Of a DNA stretch of 64,000 nt, positions 24,623-39,347 are shown piece after piece. The stretch is from Octopus vulgaris (Eukaryota). The stretch is from NCBI GenBank assembly GCA_951406725.2, contig OX597815.1, positions 111,104,001 through 111,168,000 of the forward strand, read 5' to 3'. The notes under the pieces are model-generated. The model searched no databases and had not been told where the DNA came from. It was given only the letters and a program-made list of their open reading frames with translations. The position numbers and the translations under genes are program-made. Within the stretch, counting starts at the first letter, position 1, and each line of letters starts with the position of its first letter.

Positions 24623-25492
24623 AAAAAAGGTTTGAAAATGCAATTTAAACGATGTTTATTTACTTAACCGGTTTCACTCTTTGGTAAAAGATTGTCAAAA
24701 GTAACATTAAAAGTATCATTGAATAATATGGGTTCAAAAAAGTTTTTTACATAATTGTCACATTGAATATTATGCATTCAAACAAGTTTTTTACATAATT
24801 GTCACATTGGATATTATGAATTCAAAAATGTTTTTTTATACAAAATTGTCACATTACATGTATAAATATAGTGTTTGGTAACAGAGAAGTTCAATAGTGT
24901 GATGAGAATATTTGGAAAAATTGGCAGAAAAGGATAAAACAAATATATTATTGGAAATTTGGTTGCGTTAATTATTGGTTGTCGTAAATTGTCACATTAC
25001 ATGTATATATATATACAGTCTTTGGAATATATATACAATCTTTTGACAGCAAAAATTAAAATGGATTTTTTATACATCTCAGAATATTTTAAGTTGAAGG
25101 CGAGAATATGTTGTTACTGACCTGTTTGTTTTGGCAGAAAGGTTGATTTGAGAGAAAAAAGGTTGTACCCAGTGTGGTGTATACTTCCCCATCAAGCATC
25201 AATGGTTTGGGGGTTATCAGGAGGTTAGTATGCCTGCTGGTCAAGCAGTGTCTGTTTGTCACACACAGGGACACACGCACACTCACAGCATATCGTGCGG
25301 GCGGGCACATGCACGCATCGGCACGCATAGGACACACTAGCGGGCATTGACCGCACACATACGTGGCATACACACGCATACATTATATATATGTAGGTTA
25401 TGTATGTGTGTGAGTGTTGTGTGTGTGTGTGTGTGTACGTTGTGTGTGTGTGTGCGCGTGTGTATATATATGTGTGTGTGTGTGTGTGCACA

Positions 25493-25534
<42 letters not shown>

Positions 25535-25580
25535 TGTGTGTGTGTGTGTGCACGTGTGTATATATGTGTCTGTGTGTGTG

Positions 25581-25611
<31 letters not shown>

Positions 25612-25650
25612 AGCATTGTATACGTGTGTATGTATTTACATGTGTATTTG

Positions 25651-25688
<38 letters not shown>

Positions 25689-25880
25689 AGTGTTGTGTGT
25701 GTATATGCATGGTATGTATGTATATGTGAGTACATTGTTTGTGTGTGTGTGCGGTATGTAGAGATATACTTGAGTGTGTACGCTATAGGTTTGTAATTTG
25801 TGTGTGTGGGTGTGTGTGTGAATTTTATATATATATATGTTCCGAAACATAAGCGTAAGATTTGTTTTTGACGATGATAG
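24622..25880 (-). mobile_element. Penelope-like element 3' region/pLTR with long degenerate (CA)n block
   Basis: Minus-strand terminus 'acttttgacaatcttttaccaaagagtgaaaccggttaagtaaataaa' (hammerhead-like pLTR end); homologous to 46300-47350 on +; short ~43-bp tandem repeats at ~24735-24860. Confidence 0.65.
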
Positions 25881-25959
25881 AACAAAAGCCAAACCTTAAC
25901 TTATATAATGATTCATATTTCCCATACCATAAACTCTCAACTAATTTAAAATTTTAAAA

Positions 25960-26850
25960 ATATATTAGCTCTTTCGGTGAAAATACCTTCCCCGAAAATA
26001 CTGCCTTACATATCCACATACAACCCCAGAATCAAAGAAGCCTTCACCATCATCACCCAGAATTTACCAATGCTTTATAAGGACCCCAAATTAAAGGAAA
26101 TTCTAAACATACATAAAATCATTAAAAGCTACAAACAACCTAAATCACTAAAAAATTGTTTTCTGAAATTATGCAAAAGTAAAACAATGTGGTAGACGAA
26201 ACTGCGCAACATGCCCAAATCTTTTAGAAGGATCAGAATTCCTCTTCAAAGAGGGACAAAAATTCAAGATCAAATCTAATTTTACTTGTGCTTCAGAAGA
26301 CATAATTTATGTCATAAGATGCTCGGGCTGCCACCAAAACTACGTAGGGTCCACGGGATTATCACTAATACGCAGATGCACTCTGCATCGACAAGAGATT
26401 GCATTCCCAGAATACAGAATGATACCCTTTAGTGAGCATATTGAGCAATGCGCAAAGCAACTACTACCACAATTTTTAATCAATGTGCTATTGGAACACC
26501 AACACAAATTAGATTAAACAAGGAAATATTCTTCATTGAAAAATATAAACCTAAACTTAACCATCCTAACATTATCATACAAAAAAACTCATCTCATTGA
26601 AAAAAAAACCTAAACTTAACCATCTTAACATTCCTATACAAAGAAACTCATCCATTTGAAAAAAAAATATAAAGCGATTATCTCGCTTATACCGGAAGAA
26701 ATCCCTGATTACCTTCCCCTGCCTGGAACTCTTCTTTACATAACGAAGACATGACACGATGTAGGTAAAGAAATTTGAGAAATTTGAAAAGTTTACACGA
26801 AACCGGTTATTTCTCCCAAAACTGTTTCTATACACAAAATTGTATAACAT
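25960..26850 (+). mobile_element. Penelope-like element (Neptune-type) GIY-YIG endonuclease region, pseudogenised
   Basis: ORF 25977-26195 (LPYISTYNPR...) continues by frameshift into CGRRNCATCP...FTCASEDIIYVIRCSGCHQNYVGST; homologous to ORF 56441-57124; ~57-bp tandem repeats at ~26520-26670. Confidence 0.88.
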
Positions 26851-28441
26851 TTTTCTAACATAACGACTTAAATATATTCTTTAACCTTATAAAACAAGCC
26901 TTCTGTAGCTTTCTCATTCTTTTCTATTTTCTATACGTCCAACCATGTGCTTTCACACACTAACTTTCTCACCTATATATATATATATTTATATATATAC
27001 TTATATACTTACTCGTTAGGTAACCCACTTGAATGACTTATTTTCGGTTATAAAGGCTCACTAGAGCCACTCACATATTTTGGAGGTTTTATAAATACTC
27101 GTTGCAGAAAGGTAGTGCGAATATTCGCTATAGACCATTGGATAACATACTTGAGGCTCTTCATCTCAAGGGCTAGTTGCCTCCCTTGTAGGTTAAATGC
27201 GCACCTGAGCTCCAAATCAGAAGGTTCTGAGTTTTGTTGACTTCCGCAAGTTCAACTCCCCTTTGACGGGACATGTTTTTCATTCCACAGATTGTCCGAA
27301 ACCTCCCTTACTCCTCTAGCATGTTTTATGATGTTGCAATTTTAGTCGCCGAAAAATTTACCTTGAAAAAATGTACTAGGTTACACGTTATATGTAGCAA
27401 CCAAGAGTAGTAATTTGACACACTCACACATGCACAGGAGAGAGAAAGAGAGGGACAGAGAGGCTGACAGATAGACGGAGGTGGAGAGAAAGAAAGAAAG
27501 AAAATAAAAAGAAAGACAGTGACAGAGAACTAAATAGTAAACATTTTGAAGAGGACTGTATTTCTTAAATATATGCCTCCACATCGGAGAAATTATATAA
27601 TATGACAATGCATTATTTCAGGAGATATCAGTCGTTATACATCCATGCATGAACATACACACACTCACTCTCACACACACATATATATACACACTCAGAC
27701 ACACACACACACATATGAAAATGTGCGCGTCTTTGTTTATATCCGTGTATGTGTTTGAGTGTACAAATTTTAATGTAGAGAGATAGATGCAAACTTTATG
27801 CAAACGGAAATAAATATTTCATTTGAGATGCAATTATGATGAAATATAAGGTTTGAAAAAAGATAGTGTGATAACAAAGGAAGAATCAAGAATGAATTTA
27901 TGCATAACAAAATTTTAAATAAGATATATTTGTATCTCTGTTCTCATTTGCAGGAAAACTTTATGAATTTAACTTACATTTATCTAAAGTTAATTGGAGA
28001 TAAATCTATAAAATAATCTAAAGAGAAAGATGTGAGCTTCTAGGATTCTACAGACGGTATCTCCGTTTCTGTGTACATTTGTTTTATTAATGAGGTAGAT
28101 GGTGGAGAGAGAAACATTTTAAATAATGTATATCAGTGAAACAAATTCGCCAATTTTCTGTTACATTAGTATAATATTTCTGTGAAATATTTAAAATTTG
28201 TCGAACTATAGCTCTATGAAGTGGTACATATAACATGCATCTCACTTGTACTGTCTCTTTGGTTTCTTTTGAATTTCTGTCACACATACAAAACAACAAC
28301 CTATTTACATATACATATAGTTGCAAATATCCATACACATAGACGAACACACAGACACAGGCGCACAGACGCACAAGTATACACGCATACAATTATTAAT
28401 ATTTTATATATATATATATATGTGTGTGTATCTATCTATCT

Positions 28442-28489
<48 letters not shown>

Positions 28490-28490
<1 letters not shown>

Positions 28491-30480
28491 ATAAAGAATC
28501 GTGGGTAAGGCCAGATCGATGCAAAGTAAATGCAAGGCAAATCCCAAGAAAATAAATATATGAATTAATGTAGACTTACTTTGCATTCAATATTTAGGGG
28601 TTATGACTCCATTTTCAAGAAACTGTCGAATATTGCCGATGTGCGTGGGTGAGCGTGTGAGGAGTGGATATGCACGGAAATGTGATGATATAGCAACCAT
28701 CTACCTTCCTGTAACTCTTTTCTGTTGTTGATATTTAGTTTTCTTTGGCATATGAGGATGGCCTTAGAGATTTATGCGTATATATAGTTTTCTTGTGCTT
28801 CCTATGCACGATGCGCCACATTTTCCACAGATGATCTCGTATACGACATAGGTCCTCTGGCACAATTCAGGTTCATTAATGGAGCAGTTCGATAATGTGC
28901 ACTCCTTGGAGTAGTGAGAGGTGTTGTTCTTAGATAGAGCTTTTCACAGTGAAGAGCCGATGTGCACTACCTATATGTCGAGTTCTTCCCTGCGGACTGC
29001 GAATTGTATCGCTACTGTAGTTCTATCGTCAAGATGTTGTTGCTTTAGGAAGCACGTGCCAGACTTGGGAATATAATAGTTCTTCCGGTGTTTATTGACA
29101 CTGATGTTTTTTAGGCGCGGTTATTTGATTAAAGATGGTGTGTAGCCATTCAGTTAGGTCTTTGAGGAACTGTTTGGTGTTGACGGCTTTGTCGGTTACT
29201 TCGCTGCAATTGTTATTTATACGTGCAATCTCGTTTCTCATGTATGTAACTTTGGCTCTGGTGGGTAAGGCTGATTGGTAGTGGACGAAAATTTTCCTGC
29301 TTGCGGCTTTTCCATAGAAGCTGGTAAATATGGAGCCATCCTCTGCCATTCTGAGTTGAAAGTCGAGGAGAGAGCGGGTTCTGGATTCGTCTGGATGTTC
29401 AGTCTCGAATTTGATGTTTATGTCGATGTAATTTCAGGTCCGGTGTATGTTAATGGCCTCATCCTTGGAGGACGTGATGATAATGATGTTATCAACGTAC
29501 CTGGAGAAGAAGATGCATGAGCAATAGGTGTTGAGTGTTGTGCGTTCTACCTTATCCATGTACGTGATGGTTGGCAGGCCTGAAAGACTAGATCTCATAG
29601 GTAGGCCGGAAGACTGTTTGTAAGTCCCACCGTTATATTGGAAATAGGTGTTACCAACTATAATGGTTAGTAACTCTCGTATGTCCGAGGGTGTGAGGCT
29701 GAAGAGCTGGAGGTTGATGGATGGGGAGAAGGGAGAAGATGAAAGGGAAGATGAGGAGGAGGTTGCTGGGGAGGGAGGAAGAAATGAGTAAGGAGGTTGG
29801 GAGGAAAGAGATAGGGGTAGATAAGGACGTGATGTGATCTATGAGGATATCGACGGCCGGGAGAGCAGGTACAGAGGGAAACTAGTCTAAACTGAATGGG
29901 TATTTGTTAGTTTTAAGCATGGAGGGTCGATATATTTGAGTCGTGTGAAGATTTTGTGGGAGATGCTGACGTGTACAACGATTGCATGTGGTTAGGTCTT
30001 GAGGAGGTTAGAGAGGAGCCAAGATATCTTATAGAAAAGACCGCTAATTCCTGATGCTATGGGTCTGATCTTAAGCTTAGGTCCTGGTTTATGGGTTTAT
30101 ATTAAATGATAGAAGGATGGAAGGGTTGTGTTTTTAGATGTGTAGTTCAGTCTAGTCTTCTGATATATTTTCCTTTGGTGGCAAATGGTGGTCCAGCTGG
30201 TGTTGATGCTGGACTCCAGTCGGTGAGGTGTGATGTTGTGAACCTCTTCGTATAGTGTGGTGTCACTTAGGTGTTCGATAGCTAGTTTGTTGTAGGTGGG
30301 TTTGTCTATAATGCAGAATTCTTTCCTTTTGTCAGAAGGTAGGTAGAATAGGATTTTGTTTCTTAAGTTTTGCAAGGTCAGAACTTGGGATTTAGTAAGG
30401 TTGCATGATGGGCTGGGAGGAGGTAAGCATCAAAATATCGTCGACATATCTCGAGAAAAAAACGCACGAGTAGCATGAGT
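28490..30480 (-). mobile_element. Penelope-like element (RT + GIY-YIG), decayed
   Basis: SDKRKEFCIIDK...LPSFYHLI (ORF 30097-30375), KIRPIASG, YKQSSGLPM, SRYVDNII, FYGKAASRKIFVHYQSALP (ORF 29092-29349), VVYEIICGKCGASCIGST near 28795-28850; pLTR-like end ~28490-28625. Confidence 0.88.
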
Positions 30481-30699
30481 TAAGCGCCATGCATTCCAGC
30501 TGGTCCACTTATGTGATGACCAGCAGGCTTGCGAGGCAGTCTTGAAATGTTTTTATGCTTCACTGGTATACTGGAAGTATTTGTTACATACTATGATATT
30601 TAGTAATGCTCGGATGCCCGATAGTTTAAAACGGAAAAGAGTTTGGTAACAGAAGGAGGAGGGGGAAAGGTGAGTAAAGCTTCACTACGTTACGTTTAT

Positions 30700-30947
30700 C
30701 ATTTCTCTTTATCACAGAATTCGTTGGATCTCCTAAAGACTTGCACGCGTACTTGCACACGTAGCGGGCTTTCTACCTGAAGCATACGGTACCATTCTAT
30801 TCGCTATTTTCAGCTATCTAATACTTTCCTGATTATTCTGGCTGTGCCAAGGTGGGAAACCTGTTGTAACAGTTCTGATGGGCACTCTATTCCAACTTAT
30901 TTTATATCGCTCTTGAAGACTTCTGATACTGTTCCCAAGGACCCAAC
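30700..30947 (-). mobile_element. R4/Dong-like RLE non-LTR 3' fragment (same family as 33222-33827)
   Basis: IIVGSLGTV...LGTARIIRKVLDS C-terminus; 3' UTR matches ~33240-33330. Confidence 0.8.
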
Positions 30948-30949
30948 AA

Positions 30950-33105
30950 TAATATTTTTATAGCGTGCTTTCACTTCACTACCAATCGCAGCTCTGTGTG
31001 CCTTGGGTATGTGCTGTGATTTGTTGTGATGCTCTGATGGTTATTGTATGGGAAGTGTTCTGCGTAGGATGTGTGCAGTGCCTAGTAGTGCAATTTTCTG
31101 TATGTTATATGTGTTTGTAAGTCCTGGTGTTTTTGTTATATATTTGTCTGAATATTTTTTTATCATGCCTAATGCACCTATTATGATAGGAATTGTTTCT
31201 GTTTTAAGATTCCACATTCTGGTTACCTCTATTTCCAGGTCTTTGTATTTTGAAAGTTTCTCCATTTATTTAAGAGACACGTTGTCATCAGCCGGTATTG
31301 ATACATCAATTAGAAAGCATTTTTTTCCTTCATGATCTCTGGCAACTATATCTGGTCTGTTGGCCTTAATTTCTCTATCTATGTGTATCGGCATATCCCA
31401 GAGTATGGTTGCTTTCTCGTTTTCTGTGACCTTTTCTGGTGTGTGCCTATACCATCTTTTTTTCTGTTGTTATTCCATAATGTTGGCATAGCTTCAAGTG
31501 TATGTAGGTTCCAACTCTGTCATGTCTTTGAATATATTCCTTCTTAGCCAGGACTGGGCAGCCAGAGATAATATGATTTATTGTTTCTTGTCCATCTCCA
31601 CATATTCTGCAGTTACTTGTTATATTTCTTTTCATTACATGTTTTTGGTAATTACTGGTGGGGAGGCTTTGGTCTTGTGCTGCAATTAAAAATCCCTCTG
31701 TCTCTGCTTTGAGTCCTGAGCTTCTCAACCATTGCTGGGATTTTTCTTTGTCTATTTCTTTTGCGTTTAGTTTAGTCTAGTATTTACCATGAAGGGGCTT
31801 TTCTTGCCATCGTTTTATCATGGTTCGTTGCTGTTCTAATTTTAGTTTGGATTTCATTTGTTTTATAGCTTTTGTTGCTTCATCATCTTCCTCTTCTTCT
31901 TCATATTTATTAGGTGGTATGATTTCTTGTTTGTATTTGTCAGCTTCTTTAAATATTGGGAACAGTTTTTTGTTTTGCTCGTGTTTTGCCGCTATTTGTA
32001 TCAGTTTTCCTTCCTTCTGAAGTAGATATTCTTGCAGTCCTATGGTGGTTATTTTATAGTAGTTTTCCAGCTGTATAAGGCCTCTACCACCTTCTATACC
32101 CTGTATATATAGTCTTTCTATGTCAGATTTTGGGTGATGCATCCTATACCCTGTCATTATTTTTCTTGTTTTCCTATCTATTTTGGTCAGTTCATTTGGT
32201 GTCCAGTTAAGGATAATGTAGCTGTAACTTATAACTGGGACAGCTAAAGTGTTAATACCTATTATCCTGTATTTAGCATTGAGCTCTGTTTTTAGTATTG
32301 ATCTAATTCGTCTATAATATTTTAAAAAAATTTTCTCTTTCATTTGTGTGTGTTGTGTCTTATCTAGTTCATGGATTCCTAAGTATTTGTAAGTTTGGCT
32401 TTGGTCTAATTCTTTTATTTCATTGGTTTTATCTAGTGTGATGTTGCTACTCTTAACTAGTTTTCCTCTTTTCAGGGTTACTTTGGCGCATTTTTCTAAT
32501 CCAAATTTCATATCTATTTCTTTGGTAAATCCATGAACTGTCTTTAATAGTGTTTCCAGCTGTTTGTCATTTGCAGCGTATAGTTTTAGGTCATCCATAT
32601 ATAAAAGGTGGCTGATCGTTTTGCCGTAGCATTTATATCCGCATCCAGTTCTATTTAGCATATCAGATAGAGGAGACAGTGCCAAGCAGAAAAGGAGTGG
32701 AGAGAGCGTGTCTCCCTGGAATATTCCTCTTCTAATAGGGATGGCTTTGGTTTTCATGAGTCCCTCTTTTGTTTGGAGCTGTAGCACTGTTTGCCATTTA
32801 TTCATAGAGTGCCCTATGAATTTTATAATTATTGGTGCTACTTTGTTAATGACTAGTGTTTCGAGGATCCATGTGTGGGGGATGCTATCAAACGCCTTTT
32901 TGTAGTCGATCCAGGCCATACTGAGGCCTTTCTTCTTTCTGTGGCTGTCTTCAGTTATGGCTTTATTAATCATTAGTTGATCTTTACAGCCATATGAGCC
33001 TTTGCAGCAGGTTGTTTTCGTCCAGGTGCTTGTTCAACCTTTGCGATATCTCTGCAGTAAATGCCTTGTACATTGTAGGGAGACAGGTTATTGGTCTGTA
33101 GTTAC
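30950..33105 (-). mobile_element. 5'-truncated R4/Dong-like non-LTR retrotransposon (RT + CCHC + RLE)
   Basis: NYRPITCL (~33100), WIDYKKAFDS, GIFQGDTLSP, YMDD, CRICGDGQETINHIISGC, RHD, RPD...LIDVSIPAD, GTAHILRR; 5' end abuts (AAT)n. Confidence 0.95.
31777..32973 (-). pseudogene. Reverse transcriptase domain of R4/Dong-like element (398-aa open segment)
   Basis: RT motifs AWIDYKKAFDSIPH, RRGIFQGDTLSPLLF, HLLYMDDLKLY, YKYLG, GGRGL; interrupted by a deletion upstream and a stop/frameshifts downstream. Confidence 0.93.
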
Positions 33106-33827
<722 letters not shown>

Positions 33828-33834
33828 TTATTAT

Positions 33835-34837
33835 TATTACCTGCGCCTTCGCTCAGGCGGAGGTATTATTTTCAGTTGTGTTTCTTTGTTTGTTGGATAT
33901 GTAAAAAAAAATGCAGGATGAATTCGGGTAAAACTTTTGGGGATGTCTGGCTTCGTGATTCGCAGGAAGTGATTACATTTGGGGATTGATCCGGTATCGG
34001 ACAAGGATTCTGGATTATTTGTTATATTTACTTTACGAGAATTATTACGATTTTATGTTGACTTTCAAGTCTTTCTCTGATGATCTCCCTTGAATGCACG
34101 CACATGATTTCTATATAAGTTATGGCGGTGTTTCTATTTCCAGAGTTTTATTTCCGTTTCTCTATAATTAACTTTACTCGCGTTTCTGTCTTAGTATAAA
34201 CCGATGGATAAAGAAATCAAACGACATAAAACACTGCAGCGAAACCGTTCAGAAAGTAAATTTAACTAACATATTCAGTAACAATAATAAATTTGATTTA
34301 CCCTCGACAATTTTTATTTTTACCAATTTTGAATATATCGCTCCTCTTTAAAACCTTTTACATTTCTAGCCCTGCCTTGAAGAAAGCTTTCCTTCCTGGT
34401 CTCACGCTTGTGTGTGCAACGATGTTATTAGATCTCCGTCAACAGCACCATGAGCAGGTCCTTTCTGCTTTCTTTCACACACGGATAAGTTTTTCACTAT
34501 AGACTGTAATATCAGTTGATAGACTAAAAAAAGTCCTTCGTAGATAAAACTGTCCCTGTTCCCACTGCAGATGACGCACACTGCATTACAAAAACCGCCC
34601 GCATACTCACCTTCACAGTTCATGACTACTAGTGGGATCGATCAGGTACTGGACAAGGATTCTGGATTATTTTTCCTTTTTCTTTTACTTAATTTCTGAG
34701 AGCGATCGGATCCCTTTTTAGTATTCTCGTTTGTGAGAGCAATGGATTTTATTTCAGATATTTTCATTTTAAAATCCTCTCCGGCTAATCGTTAAGAGGA
34801 AGTTGGCGGAGGTTTGCGCTCTCTGAGTGCTTCTGTT
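33835..34837 (+). mobile_element. Non-autonomous Helentron (HINE/DINE-1-like)
   Basis: 5' 'ttattacctgcgcc..ggcggaggt' sub-terminal hairpin; 3' 'ggcggaggt' followed by stem-loop gcgctc-tct-gagtgc and 'ttctgtt'; T-rich insertion site; internal 'ggacaaggattctggattatt' duplicated (~34000 and ~34651). Confidence 0.78.
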
Positions 34838-34849
34838 ATCATTATTATT

Positions 34850-35470
34850 ATTATCATTTTATTATTATTCTATGTTTGACTTTTGCTTTATGACTGTACA
34901 AGTTGGCTCCAAGTCTCACCCAGAGACAACAGGTTGGAAGTTCTGTGCCATATATTTGGGAGTTTTTTTTTTGGTGTTGTACTAGTGAATGTCTAATACA
35001 TAAAAATAAAATTAAAAAAAATAAAAATAAAAATAAAAAATAGTTTGTTTTAAACCTTGGGATTACATAGAGAGTATTTTGCGTAGGATATGAGCAGTTC
35101 CCATGAGCACTATCTTTTGAATTTCTGCCATTTTGGGGTTTCCTGGTATCTGAGTTTGGTAGCAATCAGTCCCTTTCGCTATCATTCCCAGGGCACCTAT
35201 GACAACAGGTATTGTTTTAGTCTTCAGCTTCCACATTTTGCTGATTTATATTTCAAGATCTTTATATTTGCTCAGTTTTTGGTAGGTCTTGACAGATACG
35301 TTTATATCGATTGGGACAGTCATATCAATGAGGAGGCATGTTCTTTGTCTGAAGTCTTTCAATATGATGTCTGGCCTATTTGCATCTATCTTCCTGTCAG
35401 TTTGAATGGTGAAGTTCCAGAGGAGTGAGATGTGGTCATTTTCAAGCACTGGAGGTGGATTGTGTTCCCA
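34850..35470 (-). mobile_element. 5'-truncated R4/Dong-like RLE 3' fragment (third family)
   Basis: ORF 35246-35449 LLWNFTIQTDRKIDANRPDIILKD...LIDMTVPID...KYKDL; MGTAHILRK; (AAT)n at both ends. Confidence 0.9.
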
Positions 35471-35471
35471 C

Positions 35472-35530
<59 letters not shown>

Positions 35531-35894
35531 TGTAAAACAATTTGATTCCGCCCATTATAGAACACATACATGCGGCCATAGATCAGATGTCACGTAAGTC
35601 AGGCGGTAAGACACCACCAGCTAGATTCTTGTCCAACCATACTGTCTAAGATCTTCTTGTTAACGTAATTGGTGGCATTAGAATTTCGATTTCAGTTCCA
35701 ATAGCAGCCCAATTTTCGGTAGCCATTTTGAACATCCTGGGCCTTGCCATTCGGCTATCTGAGGTCGATCAGCTGGGTTGCCGTAAAAAGCCTACGATAC
35801 TTTAAGTTGCATGGGGCCACATCAAACTTTTGTCAATAATAATATATGTAACTGCCAATAAATGTGCTGAGTGCCTCTTTCGTTCATTTGTCCG

Positions 35895-36385
<491 letters not shown>

Positions 36386-38059
36386 ACTGCCTCTTTGTCT
36401 ATCTATCTACCTATCTATTTACACATGCATGTGTGTTTCTGTGTATGCATAATTCTCTTCGTGTGCCTATTTCCTCTTAACACAATGGTCAGGAAGCAGT
36501 TGTGAAGTGTAAATTCATTTTTAGTTCAATTTGCATTCCCACCTTTCAATTTACAGCGAAAGGAAACGACTGATGAAACGAGAATGGATAATAGTCTAAA
36601 CATATTGTATAGATGTTTTTAGACGTAATTTTTAGATGTAATTTAAAGGACATTCAGCTATACCGTTTTGGAAGCTTATACAAAGTAGTCCTATATATGT
36701 TTATGCTGTATATGCCAAGAAAAAAATAAAAAGAAAGGGATATTATTGGCTTGGATAGTTTTATGATCAGCCTGCTCAGTTAAGAATGATCTGGGACCCT
36801 AAACATGATTGACAACAAAAGCGTATTAATGACGAATGCAGAAAATAGCTGTCAGGCGGAAAGAGACAATGGTAAACATAAAAAGGACGTAGAGAAAATG
36901 AAATCAACTAAATGATTCTTGCTGCTTTAGCAAACAACCTATACAAGCGTGATGCAGCACCTCCATGATCATTATTTTTTCAGCTTTGATGACTATTTGC
37001 TTTTCCTCATCTTTACTACGAACGTCCGTACTTTTTGCAGCAATTGAAAAAATAATTAAATAAATAAAAACGAAAAGATATATTTCTTTTATGAAAATCA
37101 TAAATTTCAATGCTCATAAACTTAACTAAAGACCAGAAAGAACTTCGTATGAATTGATATCGATTTTACCACACCAACGCCCTAAGAATGAGTAGTAATT
37201 AATAGTTTATAAACTCACAGAATAGATTCTTACGCCTGGACGCTATATCTCACCACTGCAATCAGCAGAAGTAAAATAAAATTGACGAAATTTTCTGTTA
37301 TCTTAGTGTGAGTTCTACACCCGAAGAGGTATATAAAAGCATTTTATTTTTCATAAAAAGATGTGTAAGATCTAGAACAGGTTCCAAAACATACACATAC
37401 AAAATTATATATATTCAAATTAAGGGAATGGAGCAGGTAAAAATTCAGGCTACATATATCTCCTAGCTAGCAGATCCTCTGATGTAATAACTATTCAACG
37501 AAGAGTAATCAGTTAGAAGAAGGTACCTTAAATATATGAGGCCGAAGATGCCTTAATTATATAAGTGTTACATCGCCGTTAAGGAATCCCAAGTTAATTC
37601 TCAGAAGATATAATTCGAAATATATTAAAACAAAATTCAGCTTATTGAATTTCAACATGGGAAAAAGCTACAACCTTTGACGTCAGTAAATTATTATTAT
37701 TCCCAAACATTGTTATTTATAGCAACAACAGACTGATAAAAGCTTACAAACTGCTATGACATAGATCCTTGGATCTTATAATTACCTATCGATACACACA
37801 CACACACATATCGAATGCAGGTTGCTTCAAATAATCAGCTGGAGGAGGCGTCCTCCAGGGTTAAAATAGTATTAACATCGGCTCCTACGAAACAGCCATG
37901 CAAGAAGTGGCAATAGACATTACGGCTTTACTTCTCAGTATAGTCACTGCTTTCATCTCTTATAAACATTTTCTAGCTAGCTAATTTACCGCTTAGCATT
38001 TTGCCCAGCCTGCTAACGATTCTACCGGCTCGCCGTCTCAATCTATTAAATAGAAGATA

Positions 38060-38830
38060 TCAATTTTACCAAATTGCATACGACCATTTTTGTACGCAAT
38101 TTGTTAAGGCTGAACAGGGAGACAGAATGTTTGTTAGTAGCAGCACAAGATCAACTATTACGGACTAATTGGATAAAAGCCAAGAGAGAAAAAACCAGGT
38201 AGATCCCCAATGTAGGTTATGCAAATAAAAAGCGGTAAGTGTTATTTATTTAGTAAGTGAATGTAGTATGCTGGCACAGAAAGTATACAAGAAAAGACAC
38301 GACAACCCAGGGAGAGTAAGCCACTAGGCGTTTATGTAGAAAGCTAGGATTTGACCATACTGATAAGTGGCATAAACATGAACCTAGTAAAGTACTAGAA
38401 CGTAAGAAATATAAGATATTGTGGGACTTAAAAATTCAGACGGACAGAGTAATAGGAACTAAAAGGCCTGGTTTAGTAATAGTAGACAAAGAAAATAGCG
38501 TGTGCCAAATAACTGCCTTTACAGTCCTAAATGATGAAGAAGTCAATATCAGAAGTACAGTGAAAATATAAAAGTATCAGAACCTAGCCATTGATTTACA
38601 AGGACTAAGGAAAGTGCAGGTAAAATGTATCCCTGTATTTATAGGTGCATTAGGAACTATCTCTAATGATTTGAACAGATAGATAGAAGAAATAGGCGTA
38701 AAATCTAGTTTAACACAACTCCAGAAAACAATGTTATTAGATACAGCTAGGATACTTAGAAGGGTTCTTGGCATCTAAGGTTACTTGTGGTAGCCCGATG
38801 TTAGGAATTTTTCTTTTCCAACAGTTTAAA
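38060..38830 (+). mobile_element. R4/Dong-like RLE non-LTR 3' fragment (fourth family)
   Basis: AAQDQ, CRLCK..AVSVIYLVSEC, YKKRHD, KILWDLKIQTDRVIGTKRPGLVI, VFIGALGTI, LDTARILRRVLG. Confidence 0.9.
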
Positions 38831-39084
38831 AATAATAGTAAAAATAATAACGGTGATGATGATGATGGGAGGGAGAAAGTAAGGTAGTAGTAGAGAAAGC
38901 TAAAACAGAATTAAATAATTGAAAATAAGACACCAGTTACAAGTGATTCATATACCTACTTATCCATACAAGCTATGTACATACACACACACACTCGCCT
39001 GTGGAATGTGTTTTTCGTTATATGTTATGCAGATCTGAAATATTTTAAAAATATTTTAATTTGGTTTTATCTCATTATTACTAT

Positions 39085-39209
39085 ATATATATGTATATAT
39101 ATATATATGTATGTATGTATGTATGCATGTATGTATGTATATATATGTATGTATGTATATATATATATGCATGTATATATGTATATATGCATGTATGTAT
39201 GTATATATG

Positions 39210-39268
<59 letters not shown>

Positions 39269-39283
39269 ATATATATGTATGTA

Positions 39284-39319
<36 letters not shown>

Positions 39320-39346
39320 TGTATGTATGTATGTATGTATATATAT
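39085..39346. repeat. (TATG)n/(TA)n microsatellite
   Basis: Directly visible; source of several junk ORFs. Confidence 0.95.
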
Positions 39347-39347
39347 G

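Noticed and set aside
25089-25892. Cys/Val/His/Thr-rich ORFs (likewise at 38975-39436, 40485-41186, 53272-53621, 57370-57786 and 58941-59433)
   Set aside because: Dinucleotide and tetranucleotide repeats lack stops in several frames; these are not genuine proteins
27100-27360. Possible tRNA-like SINE head ('ggttaaatgcgcacctgagctccaaatcagaaggttctgagtt')
   Set aside because: No second copy or TSD in the window; too weak to call
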